The notes under the pieces were generated by a model. It was not told the DNA's origin. It did not search any database and was given only the letters and a program-made list of their open reading frames with translations. A DNA stretch of 64,000 nucleotides from Vulcanimicrobiota bacterium (GTDB lineage: Bacteria; Vulcanimicrobiota; Xenobia; Xenobiales; Xenobiaceae): NCBI GenBank assembly GCA_944322965.1, contig CALUQR010000004.1, positions 33,141 through 97,140 on the forward strand, written 5' to 3'. How positions within the stretch are numbered: position 1 is the first letter of the stretch; each line of letters starts with the position of its first letter. Below, one piece after another: positions 19,629 through 29,792 of this stretch. A program made the translations under genes and the position numbers.

Positions 19629-21230
19629 ATGCCTTTAAAACTGAACCTGCGTAGCTGGGGAGGAGCGGCGCTCTGGGCGCTGCTTTTAATGAGCCTGGTC
19701 GTCTTACCGGCTATCGCTAAGAATAAGGATTATAACGACAAGAAGTTTGATAAGTACCGCGATCCCAACCTCTTCGGTACGGTAGTGACCTCGCGAGCGG
19801 CGGCCAGTTCGATCGAAGTCCCCTACGAGCCCTTAGACGCGGTAGAGGTGACGATCCAGGAGACGAAACAGAAGGCGGTCACCGACTCGCAGGGCGTCTT
19901 CTCCTTTACGGTCGAAAAGCCGGGCCAGTATACGCTCTTCATCCAAAAGGCGGGGGTGGGTATGGTCACTAAGACGGTCACCATCCCTAAGGGGCGCGGC
20001 CAGCGAGCCATGGTAACCGTTATTCTCAACCCCGGCATGACCCCCGCCTCCTCTTTGGGCGGTCCCGGCCTGCAGGGCGTGCGCACCCCGGTCAACCCGG
20101 GCACGGCCTACATCTGTCTGGCCGCTAAGGCCGGCCAAGGGGCGCCGGCGGGCAGCTCTACCTCTTACAACCAGATGCCGGTCACCACTACCCAATCTTA
20201 CGCCCAGATGATGCTCTTAGGACGCGGCAACCCCTTCGGAGCGGCCAACACCTCGGCCAGCGCCCCTCTTCCCCCCTCGATCGGTAGCGCCAAAGATATG
20301 ATGAACGCTTCCCTCAACCAGGGTTCTACCTTTAGCGTCCATCCCAACTCGCTGATGATGCTCAATGGCGACTCGCCGGGCAACCCTAACTATACCCAAC
20401 TCAGCTCCCAGCCCTTCTGGGCGGCCTTCAACGCTTCGGGCACTCGTCTTTACATCAGCACCTCCGACAAGATGATCCAGATCTACGACGCCTCCAATAA
20501 TAATACGCTGCTGACCTCTATCCCCACGGGAGGCATCGTCACCGACCTGCGTTTATCCCAGAACGGAAATTATATTATCGCCCCGGTCATGAGCGCTTCG
20601 CCCAGCGTCATCCTCATCGACCCCGTCAATAACGCCCCCCAGCGCTCTATCGTCCTGCCCCGGATGCGCACCGGCGAGGCGGGCCAACCCCGGGCGGCGG
20701 TCATCAATAGAGAGAGTACGCGCATGTTCGTCTGTCTGGGCACGGCCAGCTCGGGCGAGGTAGTAGCCGTAGATATGTATACCGGCATCCCGGAGAACGT
20801 CTTGCCAGTAGGGGCCAACCCCTGCGGCATGGAGCTCTCTCCCGACGGCCGTTTCCTTTACGTAGCTAACTCGGGCGCGGGCGACGTCTCCGTTATCGAC
20901 GCCTGGACCTTCCAGGAGATGGGACGCATTCGGGTCGGGGTCAACCCCCAGCGCATCGCCATCACCCCCGACGGCAGTAAGGTCTTCGTCACCAACAAGG
21001 GCTCGGACAACGTCACCGTCTTAAATGGCCAAAACCAAGCCCCCATCGCCACCATCCCCGTCGGGAAGGGGCCGGTCGGTATCGCCTGCAGCTCGGACGG
21101 GAGCAAAGTCTTTGTGGCCTGTACGGGTAGCGGCAATATCTCTATCTTAGACGGCCATACGGGCGGGGTCCTCAATACTACCTCCCCTATCCCCCAATCT
21201 ACCCCCTGGGGCGTGGCGGTCTGCCCTTAA
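19629..21230 (+). CDS. Exported YncE/YVTN beta-propeller protein with N-terminal carboxypeptidase-regulatory-like domain
   Basis: Signal peptide; repeats such as 'SPDGRFLYVANSGAGDVSVID' and 'TPDGSKVFVTNKGSDNVTV'; TDSQGVFSF Ig-like segment. Confidence 0.8.
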   Translation: MPLKLNLRSWGGAALWALLLMSLVVLPAIAKNKDYNDKKFDKYRDPNLFGTVVTSRAAASSIEVPYEPLDAVEVTIQETKQKAVTDSQGVFSFTVEKPGQYTLFIQKAGVGMVTKTVTIPKGRGQRAMVTVILNPGMTPASSLGGPGLQGVRTPVNPGTAYICLAAKAGQGAPAGSSTSYNQMPVTTTQSYAQMMLLGRGNPFGAANTSASAPLPPSIGSAKDMMNASLNQGSTFSVHPNSLMMLNGDSPGNPNYTQLSSQPFWAAFNASGTRLYISTSDKMIQIYDASNNNTLLTSIPTGGIVTDLRLSQNGNYIIAPVMSASPSVILIDPVNNAPQRSIVLPRMRTGEAGQPRAAVINRESTRMFVCLGTASSGEVVAVDMYTGIPENVLPVGANPCGMELSPDGRFLYVANSGAGDVSVIDAWTFQEMGRIRVGVNPQRIAITPDGSKVFVTNKGSDNVTVLNGQNQAPIATIPVGKGPVGIACSSDGSKVFVACTGSGNISILDGHTGGVLNTTSPIPQSTPWGVAVCP

Positions 21231-21269
21231 GTCTACGATAACTTAAAGGCCATAGAGCGCCTCTAGACT

Positions 21270-21301
21270 AATCCCTCAGCCTGCGGCTGAGGGATTTTTT
21301 A
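21270..21301 (+). terminator. Intrinsic terminator
   Basis: AATCCCTCAGCC-TGC-GGCTGAGGGATT followed by a T run. Confidence 0.85.
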
Positions 21302-21567
21302 ACAATCTAGGGCCCAATTTAGAACAAATGGAACGCTAGGCTCTAAATTTAAGGCGGGAGCGGCTATTTTTATAGAGAACTTATAAGGCTTAGGAAACTA
21401 ATCTAGGCGGATGCGGCGAGGGATTCCGCTCTTCTGAGGATGGTGAGGAAAATTCGGTGAGCTCCCAACCTGGAAGATGGAGGTAGCCCCTCATTTAGTG
21501 TCCAGTGGCGATTAGACCCTTTCGTCAGTAGAGAACTCAGATAGTTTTTTGAGAGGAGAAAGATCCT

Positions 21568-24129
21568 GTGCACCTACGCCATGTAACCTTACTGGGCGCC
21601 GCTCTCACTTTAGGCTGGGCCGCTCCTCTGTGGGCCGCTCCCCTCTTCCCCGACGTTCCCGAGAACCACTGGGCTCGCGATGCGGTGGCTACCTTGGCGG
21701 CCAAAGGCATTGTAGAGGGCTATCCCGACGGCACTTTTAAGGGCGACCGAGCCGCTACCCGCTGGGAAGTGGCCATGATGGTAGCTCGCCTTTTGGGCCA
21801 GATGGAACAAGAACACGCTACCTTCGCCACCAAGGCGGAGTTAGCCGAATTGCAAAAATTAGTAGACGCCCTGCGCTCGGAGTTAGACGCTCTGGGGGCT
21901 CGGGTGGGCTCTTTAGAAGACAAGGTCGATAAGCTCGACTTGCGCGTCTCCGAGTTAGAGCGCATCACCTTCTACGGCTCCTTAGAGGCCCGCATCACCG
22001 CCCAATCTTTCAGCAACGACAACGACGCCAGCCAAGATATGAACGCTGGCCAAGGTTTAAGTTACAACGACTTAGTAGGTACGGCCAACGGTTTCCGTTC
22101 CGACCTCCTCGATCCGCGCCGGGGCGGCATCTTGCCGGTAGCCGACTATCGCAATGGCGTGGGCTTAAGTAACGGTACGGGCTTCACCATGAAGGGCGTC
22201 TTGGGGATGCGCATCCGCGTGACCGACGATATCGACGCCGGGGCGGAGTTCGCCGCTTACTCTTCGGCGGGCAATTCGGTCGTCGACTCCCTGTGGGGCG
22301 TCTCCGCTCCCTATCTCTGCAACCAGTTTGGCGGTTCCAGCTCGGCCAATAGCTTAAATAATACCCCTTATACGCGCATGGTCCTGGATAACTTCTGGGT
22401 CATCCACAACCCCACCAATATCAAGTTGACCTTGGGCGCTTACAGTGAAGACCAGATGGACGATATCCTCTTCGCCGGTCAGAAGAATCTGGCCGCTTAC
22501 GGGCCCGAGTACTTAGATCGCTTCGGCTTCAACTTGAGCGGCGGCCACCAAGTGGGCGAGGGCGTCCTGCGCTGGGAGGTCTTAGGTTCCCGCATCTCCA
22601 CCTTCGCGGGCGACCCCTATGCGGCCAGTATGGATGTCAGTTACGACACCGACATTATTGGCGGCGACATCGCTTACGAATTTAAGGGCGGCCAGGTGAA
22701 GCTCAACTTCATGCGCGCGGCCAACGAGTCGGCCAATGGCGACGTCTTCGCGGTAGGTCTCATCGGCGACCCCAATATGACTTTGGGCGGTACCGCGGTC
22801 ACTACTACCAACTTGCAGTGGGTCAATCCGGCCGGCTACTGGATGGCCGACGCAGCCGCTGGAGCTATCGAGGTGGGTCTGCCCACTTCTGATAACCGTC
22901 CTATCCCCGGTTGGGGCTTAGCCGATGCCGGCCTAGGGGCCTTCGGTCCGCAGAGCATGTTCGGTTATGGCCTTAGCGCCAACTACAAGTGGGATATTGG
23001 CGAGAGCGGCAACGAGATCTACGCGGCGGGCGAATACGCCCACACTGAGTATAAGTCCAACAAGAATTCGGACTACACCTCCGATGGCAACGCCTTCCGA
23101 GTGGAGGTGGGTACTAACCTCTTAGAGGGCGACTTAGATCTCAGTTTAGATTACGTGAGCGTCGACCCCAACTACGATCCTTTCGTCAACATGAATCCCA
23201 CCATCAACGGTTGGGTAGCTGGAGCTCAGTACGGCCGCTACAGCGCCTGGAACCTGCTCAACATGAATTACTACAACGACATGTGGTCCTTGCACGATAC
23301 GGAGGTCTATCCTCACAACCGCGAGGGCTTCCGCTTCAACGGTCAGTGGCGCTTTGACGATCGCCACGGCTTGGTCTGGGCTAAGGCGGCTTTCCTCAAT
23401 CAGAAGGATTCTAGCCTTTACGACGTGCGCAGTACCGCCGGTCCTAACGGTCCTGGCAATACCGTCCTAGGCTTTGCTCCGGGCTTTATGGATCCCGTCT
23501 TCTACGGTTACGCCGACCCCGCGGTCTACGGAGGCCAATCCTACTCCTCCTTCGACCCCGATCTCAACCCCTTAGAGGATGAGAAGGGCTCTCAGACCCA
23601 GTGGGGCTTAGGGGCTAGCTACAAGTGGGACGACCCGCGCCTCAAACTGGACGTAGGTTATATTACCAACGAGTTTAAGCGCGACTCCAGCCTGACCGTC
23701 GAGCAGGGCGGCAGCCAGAACTACGTCAAGCTCAAGACGGATAATATCCACTTAGGCTTAAATTGGGAAGCGGCGGACGATTGGACGATCCGCGCCGGTT
23801 GCGACTGGGTGACCCTCAACGGCCACTGGGATCCCAGCGGGGCCTTCAACCAGTTTGCGGCGGCCAGTAAGTCGATCGACTTCAAAAATATCGATATGAT
23901 CCAGACTATCCCCTTTGTGGGCTTCGACTGGGATATGAGCGCCAATACCCTTTGGAGCTTAGACTTCCGTTACTACGATACTAAGGATAAGATCGATTCC
24001 GCCACCTACGCTAACTTCTGCTCTCAGGGCGCCCAGTCTAACGCCTGCGCTACCCAGATGGGCTATACCATCCATCCCTTCAGCTGGTATGGCTGGCAGG
24101 TTAGCACCGCCATTAAGATGCGCTTCTAA
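21568..24129 (+). CDS. SLH-anchored major outer-membrane/surface protein, copy 2
   Basis: Full-length paralog of 15788-18358 with long identical stretches; GTG start after GAGGAG. Confidence 0.85.
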   Translation: MHLRHVTLLGAALTLGWAAPLWAAPLFPDVPENHWARDAVATLAAKGIVEGYPDGTFKGDRAATRWEVAMMVARLLGQMEQEHATFATKAELAELQKLVDALRSELDALGARVGSLEDKVDKLDLRVSELERITFYGSLEARITAQSFSNDNDASQDMNAGQGLSYNDLVGTANGFRSDLLDPRRGGILPVADYRNGVGLSNGTGFTMKGVLGMRIRVTDDIDAGAEFAAYSSAGNSVVDSLWGVSAPYLCNQFGGSSSANSLNNTPYTRMVLDNFWVIHNPTNIKLTLGAYSEDQMDDILFAGQKNLAAYGPEYLDRFGFNLSGGHQVGEGVLRWEVLGSRISTFAGDPYAASMDVSYDTDIIGGDIAYEFKGGQVKLNFMRAANESANGDVFAVGLIGDPNMTLGGTAVTTTNLQWVNPAGYWMADAAAGAIEVGLPTSDNRPIPGWGLADAGLGAFGPQSMFGYGLSANYKWDIGESGNEIYAAGEYAHTEYKSNKNSDYTSDGNAFRVEVGTNLLEGDLDLSLDYVSVDPNYDPFVNMNPTINGWVAGAQYGRYSAWNLLNMNYYNDMWSLHDTEVYPHNREGFRFNGQWRFDDRHGLVWAKAAFLNQKDSSLYDVRSTAGPNGPGNTVLGFAPGFMDPVFYGYADPAVYGGQSYSSFDPDLNPLEDEKGSQTQWGLGASYKWDDPRLKLDVGYITNEFKRDSSLTVEQGGSQNYVKLKTDNIHLGLNWEAADDWTIRAGCDWVTLNGHWDPSGAFNQFAAASKSIDFKNIDMIQTIPFVGFDWDMSANTLWSLDFRYYDTKDKIDSATYANFCSQGAQSNACATQMGYTIHPFSWYGWQVSTAIKMRF

Positions 24130-24165
24130 TTGGAGTTAGCTCCCTTAACTAGCGGATAAATGTCC

Positions 24166-24198
24166 AGAGCCCGGGCCCACTGCGTGGGCCCGGGCTCT
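24166..24198 (+). terminator. Probable terminator hairpin
   Basis: 15-bp perfect arms with TGC loop, after porin copy 2. Confidence 0.65.
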
Positions 24199-24291
24199 AC
24201 TACTTTTAGGGCTCTAAAGGCTTTTGGGGACCTAAAGGCCGCTTTTTAGGCGCTTTAAGCGCTCTTCTTTAAGGACTTAAAAATCTAAGGT

Positions 24292-25272
24292 TTAGAGCGC
24301 TAAGGGGGCGCCGAAGGTGGCCTGGTAGCGCTCTTGGAACTGGGCGCGGGTAAAGTTAAAGTTCTGGGTCCCTTGACACTCCACGGCGTAGGCCCCGCAG
24401 ATACTGCCGATCTGGGCCGACTCTTGGAGGCTGTGACCGTTTAAGAGTCCATAGATGAGCCCGCCGCGGTAAGCGTCGCCCGCCCCCGTAGGATCGAGCA
24501 CCTCTTGGACCTTAGCCGCTTGGACTTGGATGGGCTCTTTCCCGGCGGTATAGATGGTGCTCCCCTCGCCCCCTCGGGTCACGACGGCGATCTCCACCAC
24601 TTGGGAGAGCTCCTCTTGGGAGAGGCCCGTCTTATCTAAGAAGAGGGAGAACTCGTAATCGTTGACGATGAGGGCCTTAGCCCCCCGGACGTCCGTCAAG
24701 AGCTGCTCGCCGCTAAAGGCGATGACCTGGAAGGAGGGATCGTAGATAAAGGGGATCTGACCGGAGCGCGCCTCTTGGCAGTGCTGACTCATCCCTTGGG
24801 GGTCATCGGGAGAGATAATCGCCAACTTAGTGTAAGGCGTAGCGCAGCGGCGCAGATCTAACTCCCGCGCTTTGGCCATAGCCCCTACGCTCACAAAGGT
24901 CAGCTGATTGTCGCGATTATCGGCGCAGATCGTACAGGCGGCGGTCAGTTCGTCGGGATAGACGGCAATACAGGAGGTATCCACCCCTTTATTCTCTAGG
25001 TAGTAGCGATACTGTTCGAAGTCTTCGCCCACGCTGGCTACGATGCGCGGGAACTCGCCCAACATCGCTAAGACGTTGGCGATATTGCCAGCGCACCCCC
25101 CCCGCTCCTTGCGGGCCTTCTCGGCCAAGAAGGAGAGGTTGATAGAATCTAAGCGGTCGGGCAGGATATGGTCCTGGAAGCGGCCCGCGTAGCGCATGAT
25201 ATAGTCAAAGCACAGGGAACCGGCAACCAACACTCGCCCCACGAGCTGCTCTTTATTCTGGGGAACGGCCAT
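24292..25272 (-). CDS. PfkB family kinase, adenosine/nucleoside-kinase-like
   Basis: GGCAGNIA, NDYE, DPTGAGDAYRGG motifs. Confidence 0.85.
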   Translation of the reverse strand: MAVPQNKEQLVGRVLVAGSLCFDYIMRYAGRFQDHILPDRLDSINLSFLAEKARKERGGCAGNIANVLAMLGEFPRIVASVGEDFEQYRYYLENKGVDTSCIAVYPDELTAACTICADNRDNQLTFVSVGAMAKARELDLRRCATPYTKLAIISPDDPQGMSQHCQEARSGQIPFIYDPSFQVIAFSGEQLLTDVRGAKALIVNDYEFSLFLDKTGLSQEELSQVVEIAVVTRGGEGSTIYTAGKEPIQVQAAKVQEVLDPTGAGDAYRGGLIYGLLNGHSLQESAQIGSICGAYAVECQGTQNFNFTRAQFQERYQATFGAPLAL

Positions 25273-25371
25273 CTCAAGAAAAACCTCGCATTACACGTCT
25301 AACTGGGCCCTCTGAGGCCTAGAACCCTGCGAAGTTCTCAGAAGGGGGCTAGATACCTCTTTCCTCTGCCC

Positions 25372-28206
25372 TTAGAGCGGGGCGAACTCATCCTCTCCCA
25401 TTTTAAAGACCCCTTCGTCCTCGCCTACGTTGGAGGGCGGATTCGTATCCCGGGGCTCGCCCACTTCGGGTAAAGGCTCGCTCTGGGCGGGCGGCGCCGC
25501 TTTGGCGGGGGCGGATTTAGCCCCTCCCTGGGGAGCGGCTTTACTATTGTTGCCCTTCTTACTCGGAGCGGGGGTCATGAGCGGATAGAGCGCCCCTTCG
25601 CGCATATTGCCCCCCTCGGAGGCTTTAGCCTTGCCCCGATCTTCGGAGCCCCACATACCGTCGCCCCGCCGCCCATCTTGGCGCGAGCCCCAAACTTGCC
25701 CTTCCTCTTCGAAGTTGGGCGCGGCGGGCTGGTAGTTACCCGGAATGGAGGGGGGCAGAGGTTGACGCCGCTCCTGGGTGCGCTGGAAGACGAAGCCGAT
25801 AAAGATTAAGAGGGCGCTCATGGCGATGACAAAGCTCAAGACCACATACTTGCCCGGCCCCCCGAACCAGCGCCAAAAGCGGCCCCAAGAGGAGTTATCT
25901 TCCTCCTCTTCCTTCTCTTTGACCATGCGCGCGTAAGTCTCGGAGGGGGTCAAGTGGCCCGTATTGCTCTTAATAAAGTCGTCTAAGCTCATAGAGCGCA
26001 GGTCGGGACGGCGCGAGACGGTATCCATCCAGGAGCCGCCCAAACTCCCGCCCAGCTGCTGGTGAGAGCCTATAGAGTCCTGACCGAAGGCGGGGCGCTG
26101 TTCCCAGGGGTAGACCCCGCCCCCCTGGGGGGCTTGGTAGGGGTTGCCCGTGGGCATAGGGGCGCTGGGCGGCAGGGAGCTATGGCCCAAACTAGTCCCC
26201 CCAAAGCGCGAAGAGCTACCCTGGGTAGCCGCCAAACTTTGGGCGATCTCCGGCGGCAAGGTAGCGGAGAGCCCCTCCCCGGGGGCTCGATTGGGCGGGA
26301 AATAGGGGGCCTGAGCTGAACCGCTGCTCTGCCCTAAGCCGGTAGCCCCTAAACTGGTAGAACCGAGCCCCGTAGCCCCTAGACTAGTCCCTCCCAACCC
26401 GGGCGCAGCCCCCCCTTGGGGGCGCTGTTTGGTCAATTGGGGAGGGGATAAACGCTGATTGGAGCGAGGTACGGCGGCGGTAGGCGTAGGGGTCGAACGG
26501 GGTACGGCGGCGGTGGGCGTGGGGGCGGAGCGGGGCACGGCGGCGGTGGGCGTGGGGGCGGAGCGGGGCACGGGCGCGGTCGGGGTATCGGTGCGCGGAA
26601 CCCCAGAATTGATACCCGGTACTCCGGCGCCTACGCGGTGGACCTGGGTAGCCGGACCGTTGGGGATGCTCAGCGGCGTCCCAGAGCCGGGGCGCACTTC
26701 ACCCCGGGCGTTGACCCCCGTCCCGGCGGCAAAGATCCCCTCCTGAGAGACTTGGGCCCCCACTCCGATAGAGGGTTTTAAGCCCAACTTGGGAGGACCG
26801 GAAGGGCGCGAACCCGAGGGCTGTAAGCCCAAGCGGGGCGGCCCAGAGGGGCGGCCAGACGCGGAAGGTAAGTTTTCTAAATTGGTGCGGTGAAGTTGGG
26901 TTGCATCCTTATCTCCCGACTGTGGCGCCATACCTATTCCTCCAGTGTGATAAGTGGCTCTAGGGAGCCCCCCTGGGGGGGCTGCTGTCCTTTTTCCAGC
27001 TTGAGCCTCCCCCTCCTGCGCTCTAGGGGCGTAAGGATCGCCCTCCCGCCTACTTTTGGGCGCGGGCAAGCGCCGCGGTTCCGATAAGGCCCGCGCCGGC
27101 GGCGCCGGTCGCCAACCGGTGGGGCGAGGCGCCCCTCCGGGACGGGGCGGCCCCGGGGGACGGGTTCCACCCTGGGGCCTAGGAGCCCCGCCTGGCCGCG
27201 GCGCTCCCCCGGGGCGCGGGATCCGCCCCGCCCCTAAGACGTCGGAACCGTAACTGACCCCGGGGCGGTTGCGCCACTGAATAGGCGGCTGCAGCTCGCC
27301 TTTAGAGGCCGGTCGATAGCGGCGGGGCTTCGGTTTGCGCCGTTGGGCGGGTAAGGAATCTAAGAGTTCGGAAAGGCGCGGATGTTCTCCAGCTGCAGCC
27401 TGAGCGTTAATGGCCCAGCCCCCCGGGGCTGGCTCCATCAGTTTTTTTTTACTGCGCTTGGGCGGGGGCAAGGGTAGAGACTTAGGCGTAGCGGCCGCAG
27501 GCGAGGCGGGAGCTTGAGGGGCGGGCGCAGGTCCAGCTGGCGGGGTTGGCTGGCGAGGGACCATTCTGGCCCCAGGGATAGGGGCTTGGAGGCGGGAGGG
27601 GGCGGCCGGACGCGCTTGGCGAGCGCTAGTAGCGCGCACTCGGGCGTTGAGATTAGGCTGAACCTCGCCCTCCAAAAAGACTTGCATGGTATGGGCTAAG
27701 CGCTCCATGCGCTCGCTATTGAGCCCCTCTAAACCTGGGGCCAAGAGGGTCAAACCGAAGAGGGTAGCTGAGGGCGGGGCCTTGCGCTCCGGGGGACGGG
27801 CCGCCGGGGGGTCGACCTCTGCGCCCGCAGGCTGAGGAGCGCTCCCCTCCCCTACGCTCGTGGCCCCCAACAGACTCTTTTGGCGCTCACTCTCGCGGCG
27901 GGCCGTAATCCGAGCCCGCAAGCTATTGACCGGAGTCATAGGCAACTCCGCCGACTCGTCTAAGGGCAAGACGTTAGTCTTGGGAGCGGCGGCTAAAGGC
28001 GGCGTCGGAGGGGCGGGCGGAGTAGTAGAAGGAGGCGGCGGATTCTGTCCGCCTAGACTCCCCGCCCCTAGGCGCAAATTCTTAGGCCCCGCGTCCTCTG
28101 TGGCGGGCGCCATTACGGGGGTAGGCAAAGGCGGAGGCAGGGTGGGCTTAACCCACTCGCCCGGCTGGGCGCCGCTCTCTCGCTTAGCCACCGCTCCACC
28201 TCCCAA
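25372..28206 (-). CDS. Very Pro/Gly-rich, largely disordered protein with one C-proximal TM helix
   Basis: 944-codon open frame; TM 'YVVLSFVIAMSALLIFIGFVF'; several internal peptide repeats; start uncertain. Confidence 0.7.
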   Translation of the reverse strand: MGGGAVAKRESGAQPGEWVKPTLPPPLPTPVMAPATEDAGPKNLRLGAGSLGGQNPPPPSTTPPAPPTPPLAAAPKTNVLPLDESAELPMTPVNSLRARITARRESERQKSLLGATSVGEGSAPQPAGAEVDPPAARPPERKAPPSATLFGLTLLAPGLEGLNSERMERLAHTMQVFLEGEVQPNLNARVRATSARQARPAAPSRLQAPIPGARMVPRQPTPPAGPAPAPQAPASPAAATPKSLPLPPPKRSKKKLMEPAPGGWAINAQAAAGEHPRLSELLDSLPAQRRKPKPRRYRPASKGELQPPIQWRNRPGVSYGSDVLGAGRIPRPGGAPRPGGAPRPQGGTRPPGPPRPGGAPRPTGWRPAPPARALSEPRRLPAPKSRREGDPYAPRAQEGEAQAGKRTAAPPGGLPRATYHTGGIGMAPQSGDKDATQLHRTNLENLPSASGRPSGPPRLGLQPSGSRPSGPPKLGLKPSIGVGAQVSQEGIFAAGTGVNARGEVRPGSGTPLSIPNGPATQVHRVGAGVPGINSGVPRTDTPTAPVPRSAPTPTAAVPRSAPTPTAAVPRSTPTPTAAVPRSNQRLSPPQLTKQRPQGGAAPGLGGTSLGATGLGSTSLGATGLGQSSGSAQAPYFPPNRAPGEGLSATLPPEIAQSLAATQGSSSRFGGTSLGHSSLPPSAPMPTGNPYQAPQGGGVYPWEQRPAFGQDSIGSHQQLGGSLGGSWMDTVSRRPDLRSMSLDDFIKSNTGHLTPSETYARMVKEKEEEEDNSSWGRFWRWFGGPGKYVVLSFVIAMSALLIFIGFVFQRTQERRQPLPPSIPGNYQPAAPNFEEEGQVWGSRQDGRRGDGMWGSEDRGKAKASEGGNMREGALYPLMTPAPSKKGNNSKAAPQGGAKSAPAKAAPPAQSEPLPEVGEPRDTNPPSNVGEDEGVFKMGEDEFAPL
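26461..26587 (-). repeat. 33-bp coding tandem repeat (PTPTAAVPRSA x ~4)
   Basis: Visible in both DNA and protein. Confidence 0.85.
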
Positions 28207-28421
28207 GATCTAATTTCCCCCTCTTTATACCCCTCACTCCAAGCCATTCCAGGCCCCTCTTCCTCCCCTGGGCCTCCAGATATTCGCTAAGGGAGAGCTA
28301 ACTCCCTAGCTCTCCCGAGACAACTCTTAAGAGCAAGTTAATGCCCTAAAAAACAGGATAAAGAGGCAGTATGTATAAAGAAATTAGGCATTTTTTCACT
28401 TTGCGCAGAGAGGTCAAGGAG

Positions 28422-29750
28422 ATGTTGTTAATTGGAAATGGACGAGTCATCACCCGCCAGGAGTCGGGTTACTTAGAGCGCGGAGGGGTCCTCATTGAGG
28501 GACAACTCATTAAAGAGGTAGGCCCCTGCCAGGAGTTGCGCCAAAAGTATCCCCAGGCCCAATTTATCGATGCTAAGGGCGGCGTGATTATGCCCGGCCT
28601 CATCAACGCTCACAACCATATTTACAGCGCTATGGCTCGGGGCTTGGCCGTTAAGGGTTACAATCCGCATAACTTTGAAGATATTTTGGAGGGCATGTGG
28701 TGGCGCTTAGATCGCCAATTGAGCTTAGAGAACGATAGGCTCTCCGCTTACGCTACCTACCTCGACTGTATTAAGAATGGCGTCACCACCATTTTCGATC
28801 ATCACGCCAGCTACGGCCACATTCCCAACTCTCTCGATCAATTGGCGGAGCCGGCCCGGGAATTAGGGCTGCGCGTCAGTCTATGTTACGAAGTCTCCGA
28901 TCGCGACGGTCGGGAGAAGATGTTAGAAGCGGTCTTAGAGAATGAGCGCATGATCGATCTGGCCGCCCGCGATGAGAGCGATATGCTCAAGGCGATGATG
29001 GGTTTACACGCCGCCTTCACTTTAAGCGACGAGACTCTGGCCCTGTGCGCTGAGCATGGCGGGGCCCGCGCCGGTTACCATATCCACGTAGCCGAGGGGC
29101 CGGGCGACGTGGCCGACTCCCTGCGCAAATATAGTAAACGCATCGTCGAGCGCCTCTATGAGCAGAATATCTTGGGCCCCAAGACCCTGGCCATCCACTG
29201 CGTCCACGTCAGTCCTCTGGAGATGGATCTCCTCAAGGAGACGGATACCATGGTCGTCCACAATCCCGAATCGAATATGGGCAACGCCGTAGGCTGCGGT
29301 CCGGTCATTAAGCTCTTCCATAAAGGGATCGCCTTGGGCTTAGGTACGGACGGTTACACTAACGATATGTTAGAGAGCTACAAGGTGGGCAATATTATCC
29401 ATAAGCACCACTTGGGCGATCCTACCGTAGCCTGGGCCGAATTGCCCGCCATGCTCTTCTACAATAACCCCGCTATCGCCGGCCGTTTCTTCCAGAAACC
29501 CTTGGGCGTCTTAGCTCCCGGCGCCTACGCCGACGTCATCATTACCGACTACGATCCGCTCACCCCCATGGAGGCCTCTAATTGCAATAGTCACATCCTC
29601 TTCGGCATGAATGGGCGCTCGGTGACCCACACCATCTGTAACGGTAAGGTCCTCATGGCCGACCGCCAGATCTTAGTAGCCGACGAGCATGAGATTATGC
29701 GCCAGTGTCGGGCCAGCGCCGCCCAATTGTGGCAGCGCATTAACGCCTAA
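28422..29750 (+). CDS. ssnA: Amidohydrolase SsnA
   Basis: PGLINAHNHIYS, HIHVAEG, HNPESNMGNAVG, LGTDG; adjacent to ygfK; start at ATG 28422. Confidence 0.9.
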   Translation: MLLIGNGRVITRQESGYLERGGVLIEGQLIKEVGPCQELRQKYPQAQFIDAKGGVIMPGLINAHNHIYSAMARGLAVKGYNPHNFEDILEGMWWRLDRQLSLENDRLSAYATYLDCIKNGVTTIFDHHASYGHIPNSLDQLAEPARELGLRVSLCYEVSDRDGREKMLEAVLENERMIDLAARDESDMLKAMMGLHAAFTLSDETLALCAEHGGARAGYHIHVAEGPGDVADSLRKYSKRIVERLYEQNILGPKTLAIHCVHVSPLEMDLLKETDTMVVHNPESNMGNAVGCGPVIKLFHKGIALGLGTDGYTNDMLESYKVGNIIHKHHLGDPTVAWAELPAMLFYNNPAIAGRFFQKPLGVLAPGAYADVIITDYDPLTPMEASNCNSHILFGMNGRSVTHTICNGKVLMADRQILVADEHEIMRQCRASAAQLWQRINA

Positions 29751-29792
29751 ATTTTGACCTAAACTACCTCGTTCTAAGTCTAAGGAGTTGCT

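Noticed and set aside
21440-21470. GAGGAAAATTCGGTGAGCTCC as the start of RNase P RNA
   Set aside because: The region is too short and lacks the conserved 3' P4 sequence.
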